Source: a virus (Duplodnaviria > Caudoviricetes). From it: a stretch of 64,000 nucleotides of DNA. The DNA is taken from IMG/VR virus record IMGVR_UViG_3300021399_000008, positions 52,329 to 116,328 of that record; one strand, 5' to 3'. A program made the translations under genes and the position numbers. Of the stretch, positions 54,717-64,000 are shown in pieces (within the stretch, counting starts at the first letter, position 1; each line of letters begins with the position of its first letter). A model generated the notes under the pieces. That model searched no databases, was not told where the DNA came from, and was given only the letters and a program-made list of their open reading frames with translations.

Positions 54717-56039
54717 TTACAGGAGCGTCCGGGTCTTTACAACAGGCTCGGATTCCAGAAGAGAATAACGGGACGAACCAGATTCGACCATCGGATTTAC
54801 TTCGTCCAGCTTCCCACCAAGAACTTCGGAAACAACCTTGGCAGGATCGTTGTTTGCTTCGGCCATCTTCTTAACGGCCTCAGAAAGAGAAGCGAGCATT
54901 TCGCGCATACCGGAAATCTGCTCAGCCAGTTCGCGGATCTCGCGGACTTCAGCAGTTTCCTTCTTCTCTTCTTCTTCGACTTCAGCCTTTACTTCTTCTG
55001 TCTCTTCGGCTTCTGCCTTAACCTCTTCAGGTTCGGCTTCAGCTGTCTCGACAGCAGCAGGGGTTGACTCTTCGGTAGTGCTCACCTCAATACGGTGAGA
55101 TACACTTTCATACGTCGACACACCAGTATCGGTGTCGTACGTATCCACAGTATCATATGTTTCCGTACTACGGGTCACATAGACTTCTGCGTTTTCTTTC
55201 TTAGGTTCGGCTACCTCAGAAGTTTCGGATTCAGTTTCGACTTCGGCCTTTACTTCTTCCTCAGATTCCGGGGCTTCTTCCTTTACTTTTTCGTCGACTT
55301 CGGCCTCAGCCTTTACTTCTTCTTCCTTCTCGGAAGTAGACTCTTCGGCTTCGATTACTTCGGCGAGTTCGGATTCAGCCTTTACTTCTTCCACGGATTC
55401 AGCTTCTGCGATAGTCTGTTTATCCTTGGGCATAGTATCTGCCTCCTTATCTAAACGACTATAGCTGTTAATCTCCGCTACTAATTTCTGGGCAGCGGCA
55501 TCTTCACAGGCAGGGAAGGATACGACGCACATACCATCCATAAAGTTGTCGTCGCTTCGGTCAATCACTATAGTGCCGTCTTCCTTCTGTGCAAGATCGC
55601 CAGCTGTCACCTCGAAGCTGAAGTTGAGATTATTGTTAACAAAGAGTTCCGACATCGCTGCGCATGTCTTGGGAAGTCTTGTCTTCGGGACACGGGCTGT
55701 ACCGAGTAAAGCGGTATGGCCGTTATCCAGAACATCCTTCCTGAAAGAAACATACGATCCGATAATCGGAGCCGTGCAGATCCCAGCTTCAGGGTCATAG
55801 CAGTGACCAAGCTCATCATAATTTCCCTGCTCTAAATTTGTAATATCTGCACAAAGAGGCAGGGCCAGGTACTTGTCCTGATTTTCACAGATCTCGTCAA
55901 GGAAAGCTTCTGTACACTCGACACCGTTTAAGTTCGGGATATCGCTTGTGAACATCACCATCTCAACGCTGAGGAAAATCTTGGAACTCTGTAAACCGGA
56001 GGCAGATGCCATAAACCGATATTTGTTCTTACGGTCCAC
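54717..56039 (-). CDS. prohead protease / scaffold protein
   Basis: NLNG...FSFEV...VVSFPAC domain plus long acidic tail; AAGGAG RBS before GTG 56039. Confidence 0.75.
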   Translation of the reverse strand: MDRKNKYRFMASASGLQSSKIFLSVEMVMFTSDIPNLNGVECTEAFLDEICENQDKYLALPLCADITNLEQGNYDELGHCYDPEAGICTAPIIGSYVSFRKDVLDNGHTALLGTARVPKTRLPKTCAAMSELFVNNNLNFSFEVTAGDLAQKEDGTIVIDRSDDNFMDGMCVVSFPACEDAAAQKLVAEINSYSRLDKEADTMPKDKQTIAEAESVEEVKAESELAEVIEAEESTSEKEEEVKAEAEVDEKVKEEAPESEEEVKAEVETESETSEVAEPKKENAEVYVTRSTETYDTVDTYDTDTGVSTYESVSHRIEVSTTEESTPAAVETAEAEPEEVKAEAEETEEVKAEVEEEEKKETAEVREIRELAEQISGMREMLASLSEAVKKMAEANNDPAKVVSEVLGGKLDEVNPMVESGSSRYSLLESEPVVKTRTLL

Positions 56040-56297
56040 AGGCAATTTCTCCTTACGTAGCGTTCGGCGAATATATGGTAGGAGGACATACACCGCCTAT
56101 GCGCAGATATATATTAATAGGGGAGACCCCTAGAAATATCTAAAAGAACTACGCCCTGAAACCAGAGCGTAGCCGTTAACTGTTATTGTCGCTGTAAGTC
56201 GCGAAACACTATATGCTGGTTAGACTGTCCGTCAGTTTGATCAAGTTCGAATTATCCTGTTCGCCAGTGTTCGGATTATTTACGGGCCAGCTCCCGT

Positions 56298-57926
56298 TTA
56301 TGAGATCGAAGTATCTGAAGGCATCGATCCATCTTCATTCGACGGCTTCGGCTGTTTACCTCTGATCGCATTCTCAGGATCAGAGTTCCGTTCGTCGTCG
56401 TCCATCTCAGGTCTTCCAGGGCCATTACCTTCGCCGTCTCCGCTGTCGCTATCAGCTGAAGGGGAAACGATCTGAGAAGGAGTTGTAGCTCTCGGAGTAA
56501 GAATCTCGTCGATACCTTCGTTCAGTTCACGTTCGCGTTTCTTTGTTTCTACATCCATATCGAATCCGTTAAGTCGGGTCATCGACTCAGTAGAAACGAC
56601 ACCCTTCTGCCAGAGTTCCTTAGCTGTCTCACGGAGAGCTTTCTTCCCGGCGACATCCAGAGGAACGAAGTGGAAGAGGGGAACCTCGCTGATGTTATAA
56701 GAGCGCTCTTTAGAGAGCTCCTCTTTAATCAGGAGGTTAATCTTTGACATTGCTTCTTCTATCTCGCGGCGCATCATATCGATACGGGCTGTGACAGTCT
56801 GAACAGATACCTGGGCTGAGGCAAAGGTAGATCCATCTTCTGACTGACCTGTGACAAGAATACCGCTGACACCGCCAGCTGAGAGAATATCATTATTTAC
56901 GTCCCTGTACTTATCATACTGGTAGAGGTCGTCGACATCAATCTTTATAGCCTGAGGCTTCGCGAAGATCGAGCTGACAACGAGAGGGAACCCGGACATA
57001 CCTTTCGCGAAAAGGTCTCTGAGTTCGCCATATTCTTCGGCTGAGGATTCAAAGTCCATACCTTTCTTCTCGTCGCCGTATCCTACCCAGACAAAAGAGT
57101 GGATAGCCAGATTCAGCATAGCCTTCTCGTACCGACCAATAAGATCCTTCTTCGCGAGGGACTCAAGGGCTGAGAGAATAAAAGGATAGGCGTACCGCTG
57201 GTATGTAGGTTTCGGACCCTGTATTACTATCGTGTACTTCGGGTTCAGCTGTACATACTGGTCGCACCTGTTCAGCCCTTCGACTACTTCAGGCGGGAAA
57301 CCTTTAAAGTAGGTTTCGAGTTCGTTGTCCTTAATCCAGTTCTCTTTAACGTTATAGGCTTTCTGCCGCCACTCTGAGTAGATACCGGAACAGTCGAAGT
57401 CGACGATAGGAGTACCGCCGAAAGAAACGTTTCCGATAGAGCACTTCTGGATAGGAAGAGAAACAGGGACGCCGTTCATGAAGTAAATGAAGCAGTTATT
57501 ATAGGTAGCCTACTCAGCTGCCCAGGACTGAAGACGTTCTCTGAGTCGGATCTTCTTATAGTATTCCTCGTAGAAGTCTTTCGTCTTTACGTTCCCGGCT
57601 TCAAGGAACCAATCGTCTGTAAGGTACGGCTGATAGATATGATAGACGATACCGTGAACAATCGGGTCTGCGTCTTTATAGTAGTCAGCGAGTTCGAAGA
57701 ACTTCTTTATATTCGCTTCCTTATTCGCGAGAAGAAGCTTATAGTCGTACCCTTTTATATAGCCAGTAATAGGGGCACTGTAGATGTTCCCTGTATTCGA
57801 GTAGGGTTCAAGGATCTGAGCCTCCTGCTAAGAAGAAGCTCCGACGATTCTCTTTGTTGGACTCGGGCTGACAGAGGAGCCAGGCCGCTGGCCTAAGACT
57901 CTGCGAATATTGTCGAATACACCCAT
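56298..57926 (-). CDS. portal protein (542 aa); TAG at 57828 and 57510
   Basis: Follows terminase; DPIVHG; DILSAGGVSG; GRPEMDD tail. Confidence 0.85.
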
Positions 57927-57947
57927 CGGCCTACACTCTCCTTTTTC

Positions 57948-59606
57948 TTATAGACGACCGACAGCTCCGAGAGATCTTTTCCCGGAACGCTGTTTGCGCC
58001 TCTTGTTTTCTAGTTCGAGTTCTGAGATATAGTCATTACCCATCGCTAAGGCTGAATAGCGGTCCTTATGTTGTCCGACTTTCTTTACGTCATAGAGGAC
58101 GTTAGAGCCAGCTCCAGGTTTCGCTACGATATTCGACATCTCAACCTGAAGGGCATCGGTGTTATAGAAGACGGCTAACTGCTGACGGGCTAAGTCTCTG
58201 GATTCCTTATTAGCTTCGTCGATCTTCTGTTTTATTTCAGAGGAAGGTTTCGGAAGCTCAAGAGTCTTCTGTTCCAGAGCGACACGAAGGTTATTATAGA
58301 TTCTCTGGTTCAGGGCATTTACGGCTCTGAAAGGATGGAGAATCTGGACGGCATGAGGATTATAGTTCGGCTTATCGTCGACGACCCACGGAGGATATTC
58401 CTTCCCGGTCGTAAGGTCTGTAAACTCTGAGTCGAGGAACTTATCGAAAGCGTCGCCTATACCCCTGGCGTCGTAGATTATCTTTTCGGTATTCGGGAAA
58501 CGGAGATAGAGTTTACGGATAAACGTAGCTAACTCATCGAGCCCGTTACCGTTAAAGGCTGCGATATACACAAGCTTACGGTGGAAGGAGCCATCGTTCC
58601 TTTCGGTAAACTTCAGGACAACAGCTACGGCATTATCGGAACCTTTCGCCTGAGAGGTAGCTATATCCAGACAGATAACGTATCTGGAGGTAGAGTTCTT
58701 AGGCTGAGTAAGTTCGATAGTGTCGAGGGTTCGGCAATCCGAAACCATCGAGTAAGGGAAGGCTGAGTCAGAAGTACCACCTACGAAGATCGAGCCGAAG
58801 TTCATGTCCCAGATAATAGAGGGCATCGTTTTCCGCTGTTCCTCAAAGTAGGACTTCGTGTTTATTCCTTCCTCTATAGCCGCTAAGTAGTCGAGGGCAC
58901 AGGCGAACTTACGGGTATCGCCGTTAGCCTGAGCATTCAGAGTCTCCATAAACTTCTCATAATACGGGTTACTCTTCTCACAGCCGGAGGAGATCATGAG
59001 GATTTTGGACATCGGTTCATTATAGGTATTGTGCCGAGCTAAAGGTCTGACCCAGTTCGTCATAGGAAGCGCGAGATCCTGGAACTTCTGAAGGTCAACG
59101 TGTAAGGCTTCGTCGACGATCAGGAAGTTTGTACGCTGGCCGACACCCTGATCGATATTACCGGACCAGGCATAGGAACCGTTCTTCCATGTAGCGCAGG
59201 TAAAGTCAGCTGAGACAGAGATAAGGTCACGGGTATTCTCGCGCATAAGTTCCGAAGTTATACCGATATCGTTCTGGGCTATGTCCTTCTAGTTACGGAG
59301 GACAAGTGTAGCGTATCTGGTATTTTCTGAACAGATAAAGATCTTAGACCCAGGATAGAGAACGGCACATACGTGGACGAGAAGGGCTGTAATAAAAGTC
59401 TTCCCATAGCCTCGAGACCAGACGACAGTAGAGAAGTCTGAGTTCCCGATAGCTCTGACGGCTACAGCCTGAGAAGGGAAGAGCTTTACTGTCGGGATCG
59501 TATCCCTGATAAAGATATCCCAATGAGTCCTGTAGTAGGCGATAAGCTATCCGAGGTTCTCATGGATACTGTCGATATTAATACGCTTCAGTACAGTTTC
59601 GGCCAT
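57948..59606 (-). CDS. terL: terminase large subunit (552 aa); TAG at 59547 and 59289
   Basis: Walker A SRGYGKT lies between the two TAGs; Walker B FLIVDEA; LDIA and HKDRYSA nuclease motifs. Confidence 0.92.
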
Positions 59607-59617
59607 ACGGATCCTCC

Positions 59618-60529
59618 TTAACTGTCGGAGCCGATAGCCGCGACGATGTGGTTATAGCGCTGAAGGATACGATCTATATCGTCCTCAGGGAAGACAACTC
59701 CGTTCGGGACGTTATAGTCCGAGAGTTCTAGGGAGAGGACAGCCTGAGCCCACGAACCTTCCTCTTTCTTCGAGTCGTCTTTCGCTCTCTTACAGGCTGC
59801 AAGGTTCGTAGACTTCATCATCATATCGTACGTAGAGAGAGCGTCCTTAACGACCTGGAAGTCACACTTCCCAGCCCGGTAGAGATCCTGAGCGTTCGCG
59901 GCAATAAGAGACTGTACGGCGAGCTTACGGATCTGGTCCTCTAAGGCTGCGTCGTTCAGGTTATCGATATTCAGGTCCCGGCAATACTTCTCAAGGTACT
60001 CGAGTTCATGGGCTGAGTAGTGGCCGTTATAGACTGAGTTGTAGTACTTCTTATCCGGGTCCTTCTCTTCGATTACATAGCCGAGGACTTTAGCCTCAGG
60101 ATAAGGAATGTGCCGACCGTCCTTATCTTCATGGGGTTCGTATTTATAGTTACTGACCTAGAAGTTAGGGATGTGCTGGCAAGTAACACGATCGAGAAGA
60201 ATCTTCTTTCTGTCCTGACCGGAGTGTTTATACGTGTCGTTCTGGAGACACTTCTTTTCGGCTACGGCACGGGCACTGTCCCAGATCGTTTCGGACCAGG
60301 CTCTGTTGTTTTCCCAGAAGTACTCACGAACCTGGTCTTTCGTAGCGAGGTGGCTGACACAGTCACGGCACCACAGGTCTTTCCCGAGGTTAGACTCGAA
60401 GCCGATGTTATCGTAGAAGTCTGTACTCTCGTTCCGTGGCTTGCCACAACGGGAACAGTTTTTTGTACGCTACTCGTTCGCTTTAATCTTTCGGGGTTTC
60501 TGGGGGATAACGTTTTTTAATTCAGCCAC
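59618..60529 (-). CDS. zinc-finger protein upstream of terL (possible small terminase); TAG at 60470 and 60158
   Basis: CSRCG...DFY...WCRDC; one frame from GTG 60529 to TAA. Confidence 0.7.
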
Positions 60530-60533
60530 AGGA

Positions 60534-60782
60534 TCACTCTCCTGTTTCTGAATCAGAGTAAAAGACAGCCAGGGCTTTAAAGAGCTCTGGTGTTTTTTTG
60601 TACTTGTACTGCTTTATATGGTAGTAGGGAGTCCTGCGGATATAGGTGTAGTTAATCCCGAGGGAGCTGAGATATTCAACTTCTTTACGGCGTTCGGTCA
60701 TATATTCAGAGTCGAAGGCTTTATTCGGGATCTTCTTAGGAGCAGGAGAGGAGGAGGTCTGGTTAATCACGGTACTGATCAC
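60534..60782 (-). CDS. small DUF5659-like protein
   Basis: YKYKKTPELFKAL pattern; first gene of the late operon. Confidence 0.55.
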   Translation of the reverse strand: MISTVINQTSSSPAPKKIPNKAFDSEYMTERRKEVEYLSSLGINYTYIRRTPYYHIKQYKYKKTPELFKALAVFYSDSETGE

Positions 60783-61027
60783 TTCCTATTTTTATAAGAG
60801 ACAAATAGTTCGCCCGGTAAGGCGAGGATATCAGACGCATCCGATGTCCTCAAGCTACGTCCGCAGACAATAGCTTTATCTCATTGTAGTAGTTATCGAA
60901 TGTGATACGAAATAGAAGTGTGGAAGAGTGGGGAACAGATATATGAGATTTCTCGCAGGGGAAATCGTGTCCGGCGTAAATTCGCGTTGGATTCCAAAAC
61001 TACCCATAATTGAAGGAGGTTCTCGTT

Positions 61028-61309
61028 ATGATGAATCATTATTGGAAGATCATTGTCGCTCTTAGCACCATTGCCCGTAAGTACTTCGAAGTTGTCAACA
61101 TTATCCAGTACGAGGAGGACGAGTTCCTTCTCAACCTCGTTGACTCTGACGAGGAGGGCAACCTCTATCCTGATCTTGGGGTGGTTGATATTCTGTACAA
61201 CCATCTCAGCAAAAAGTTCCCTAGCATGGGAGAGTATTCTATCGAAAGACAGTGGATACCCGGAGAAAACTACAAAGACGTTGTTGGTATCCGGGTTATT
61301 GTGAAGTAA
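61028..61309 (+). CDS. hypothetical protein
   Basis: AAGGAGGT RBS. Confidence 0.65.
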   Translation: MMNHYWKIIVALSTIARKYFEVVNIIQYEEDEFLLNLVDSDEEGNLYPDLGVVDILYNHLSKKFPSMGEYSIERQWIPGENYKDVVGIRVIVK

Positions 61310-61386
61310 GAATCGACATCCTGGAGATCCACGTGGTCTCCAGTAGTGGGTTCTTACCCAAATACAAAAAAATGGAGGAAACCAAT

Positions 61387-61584
61387 ATGTCTAACTTCTG
61401 TCTCAAGCATTTCGTAGCAATCGTGATAATGTTCTTCGTAAGCTTCTTGCTTACGTTGAGCATTTACGAAGCAGGACGTTCTTCTGGAAAGGAGGACGTC
61501 CTTTTTAATTCTCGTATATGGGTGGAGGATAACTCCATCCTCATCGAGTATGACGGGGAAGTATACGAACACCTCGTCGACTAA
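61387..61584 (+). CDS. small membrane protein
   Basis: GGAGG RBS; N-terminal TM segment. Confidence 0.6.
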   Translation: MSNFCLKHFVAIVIMFFVSFLLTLSIYEAGRSSGKEDVLFNSRIWVEDNSILIEYDGEVYEHLVD

Positions 61585-61851
61585 CAAAAAAGCAGCCTTC
61601 TCCGGCTGCTCAGAGTCTATGTATTACATAGGTTCTGAAGAGTCGGAGGAAGAAACTAAAACTTTTTTCTAAAAAAAGTGGCGGTTTCTGCCTTTAAAAA
61701 GTGTATAGGGTGAAGACCTTTATACGCTGACTCACCGCATCTACCCGGGTAAAGGTAGTGTGCCGGGATCGTAACCCGGACAGTAGACGCTCATCTACTG
61801 TTAACTGTTTACTACTCGACAACACAATATCTATTTAAGGAGGACCTAATC

Positions 61852-64000
61852 ATGTTGAACCGTATCAAGGCGTATCTCGTTTCTGTCATCTCTGTAGCCG
61901 CTTCTATGGGCTACATCACACTCGACACCACTCACGAAAACGACGACCACTCTCGTTGGGTCACCGACCCCGACGAGCGCCTTCTCAACAAGATCAACGA
62001 TGAACTGGCCGAAGCGGCCAAGTGGAGCTACACCCCTGTGGAACCAGACGACAAGTCGATCTGGAATTCGACAAACTATAACTACAAGGCACTGTCCGTG
62101 CAGGACCTGTACCAGAGTATCCCTGAGCTGGTTCAGGCTGACGAGCTGGCTAAGCAGAAGCAGGAAAGGGATATTCCTGATTATATCCGCAAGCAGCTGA
62201 CCGAAGAAATTGAAAACCTGGTTAAGATTGCTATAAGCAAAATTGAGGACATGGCCGCGAACCATGTCCCCTTCAAAGTGAACCGCGACGCATGTGTTGT
62301 CAACAACCTTCGCGGATCGATAATGTCTCGATTAGTCGGGGTAGAACCCGGCAAAGAGACAAAGTTGATTATAACGGTTGAGCATAACGCTGTCAACCGT
62401 TGTAAAGGACTCACGTTCAATAAGAAGCTCCGCAAGCGTTTCGCAGACGCTGCGATTAAGGTTCTTGTTGAATATGGCGTCACCGTATCTGACAAAAATG
62501 AAAAGAACGAAGTAGTAGAACACCATTACGCGTTCAACACTGCCACAGCATCTCAGCTGAAGGAAGGAAAATGCTATATGATCCATTCCGGACGCTGGGC
62601 CGCTCTCCGTAAATACTTCAACCTGAACGTCAAAGAGCGGGTAAACAATGTGCTTGGTGCAAACTATCTGAAGTGGTATGCGCCACTTTGGACTCCTTCT
62701 GCTCCGGTGCTTGACCAGTTTGGTCATGGATTCTCGCTCTCTAATGTTATTGTTTTCTCTGACATTACGATGAAGAAGGTTGCCAAATACGGCATCCAGT
62801 TCGACGAGAACTGGAAAGCTGCACTGAAGAATTTTGTTGAGATCTGCCAGACAATTGCTGACGGTGGTGCTTACGCCATCGTCGAGAATTTCCCGGAGTT
62901 TCAGCTCCGTGCTGGCGCTCCATGGATTGATACAATGAAGGCGATGTTGGGCAACGGCTGGAAAGCTTTCTGGCATGTGGTCGAACAGTACCATCTCAAT
63001 CTTGAGGACACAATCCCTGTTCCCACAATCGATGGGAAATTCCTGAAAGTAAAAGACCTGATCGGAAAGGTTGTCACATTTGAGTCTACGTGGAAGTGTA
63101 AGAAGGTACAGGATTGCACTTTCGCAGAAGGTGCCGAACTCCTTGAAAAGATGAGCGAGGACTTCCCGCACATCAATGAGTTGTTTGCAGTCAGGTTCGC
63201 AAACGAATCCGACGATGATGAAGAAGTGGAGGCTGAAGAAGACGGTTTCAGGAATATGAGCCGTCAGAGCATCCAGCAGATGATCACCGCAAAAGACGAG
63301 GTGATCAAAGTTTGGCTGGATAAATCATTCAAATACACCTCTAAATGGACGAAAGCCGCAAGAGTGGCAGCTGAGTATAGAAAAGACAATGTTGTCGCGG
63401 ATATTTTCAAATGGTATCCGCAGACAGCAAATGCGACACAATGTGTGTATAGGTCTGAGGTTAACTACATCAGAAACTTCCACAAGATTGCCTCCGGTAA
63501 AGTCCGTGTTAAAGGTCTGTACCCTTACATTTTGATTGATGCTGTTGCGATTTTCGAATTACTTCTCGTTGGTAAGAAGCCTGAAGAGGTCATGGGTTCA
63601 ATCCCGGCAAATTGCATCAGCTGCAGCGGTCTGAAAGACGGACAGAGGGCATTCGTCAACCGTTATCCCTCCAATCATCTTGTTGGCGATAATGTTGTCA
63701 ACTTTGCACTCGACATCTATGCAGACAGTGCGATCTGCTGGCTGTCCATCCACGACTTCCTGTTGATCAGGATGGATGGCGACACTGATGGCGATGAGAT
63801 TCTGATTACGACAGATATGTTCGTTATTAACTTCTTCGACGATGTGAAGAAGTACGTGAACCTGCCTGTGATTGATTTTGATCACGGGTCTGCGAAAGAC
63901 GTGTCTGTAGAACTTGTTGCCGAAAGCATTGAGGCAGCAATCTACAATGGACAGGCTTACTACCTGGTGGGCCGCTACAGCAATCTGGCCACGAAGATCC
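61852..64000 (+). CDS. YonO-like single-subunit two-barrel RNA polymerase (3' truncated)
   Basis: AAGGAGG RBS; 716 open codons; ATASQLK, IADG, FQLR, NRYPSN (63658), DGDTDGD (63775-63795). Confidence 0.8.
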   Translation, partial: MLNRIKAYLVSVISVAASMGYITLDTTHENDDHSRWVTDPDERLLNKINDELAEAAKWSYTPVEPDDKSIWNSTNYNYKALSVQDLYQSIPELVQADELAKQKQERDIPDYIRKQLTEEIENLVKIAISKIEDMAANHVPFKVNRDACVVNNLRGSIMSRLVGVEPGKETKLIITVEHNAVNRCKGLTFNKKLRKRFADAAIKVLVEYGVTVSDKNEKNEVVEHHYAFNTATASQLKEGKCYMIHSGRWAALRKYFNLNVKERVNNVLGANYLKWYAPLWTPSAPVLDQFGHGFSLSNVIVFSDITMKKVAKYGIQFDENWKAALKNFVEICQTIADGGAYAIVENFPEFQLRAGAPWIDTMKAMLGNGWKAFWHVVEQYHLNLEDTIPVPTIDGKFLKVKDLIGKVVTFESTWKCKKVQDCTFAEGAELLEKMSEDFPHINELFAVRFANESDDDEEVEAEEDGFRNMSRQSIQQMITAKDEVIKVWLDKSFKYTSKWTKAARVAAEYRKDNVVADIFKWYPQTANATQCVYRSEVNYIRNFHKIASGKVRVKGLYPYILIDAVAIFELLLVGKKPEEVMGSIPANCISCSGLKDGQRAFVNRYPSNHLVGDNVVNFALDIYADSAICWLSIHDFLLIRMDGDTDGDEILITTDMFVINFFDDVKKYVNLPVIDFDHGSAKDVSVELVAESIEAAIYNGQAYYLVGRYSNLATKI

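Noticed and set aside
50051-56090. 13-nt inverted match TATGTCCTCCTAC (50051-50063 and 56078-56090) in two late leaders
   Set aside because: Only two copies, built around an SD-like core; compatible with chance
11953-60529. TAG as Gln (code 15) or Tyr
   Set aside because: A few sites tolerate Gln (EEQ*RR, RLR*IA) or Tyr (AAE*ATY), but the motif-constrained sites need an aliphatic residue and Leu fits all 34
11953-60529. Decayed prophage with nonsense mutations, or sequencing errors
   Set aside because: All interruptions are TAG, with no internal TAA or TGA and no disruptive frameshifts; flanking bases show no shared context; attP is intact
1-64000. Amber suppressor tRNA or release factor gene
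   Set aside because: No cloverleaf with a CTA anticodon and no release factor motif found; the tRNA-like pieces at 6630 and 47223 lack anticodon arms

Overview
This is 64 kb of a large temperate tailed (siphovirus-like) phage, probably of a Bacillota/Clostridia host, in the unintegrated state (intact attP). Layout: small early/accessory genes on + (1-9959), a tyrosine integrase and a tRNA-Met-derived attP (10034-11541), a roughly 49 kb late operon on - (60782 down to 11704: terminase, portal, capsid, tail, lysis), a type II restriction-modification moron on + (15682-17461), and the start of a YonO-like RNA polymerase on + (61852 to the end). The main result is that TAG is not a stop codon here. 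I found 34 in-frame TAGs in 20 genes and no convincing gene ending in TAG. At motif-constrained positions the residue required is Leu (Panacea KLQx*xYY, FW*RT, WRE*SF, GKE*TF), not the Gln of known code-15 phages. The TAGs are sparse and cluster near 5' ends, which suggests a translational gate. Read with this code, the tape measure gene becomes one 4802-aa protein with an N-terminal two-barrel RNA polymerase (ADFDGD) and a PD-(D/E)xK nuclease-like domain. Also present are an array of small gene cassettes delimited by a 16-bp quasi-palindrome, a group I intron with an HNH gene inside a tail gene, a -1 frameshift in the tail chaperone, and an RlmN-like radical SAM enzyme. No suppressor tRNA is visible in the window. 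All family assignments come from recalled motifs, not from database searches.
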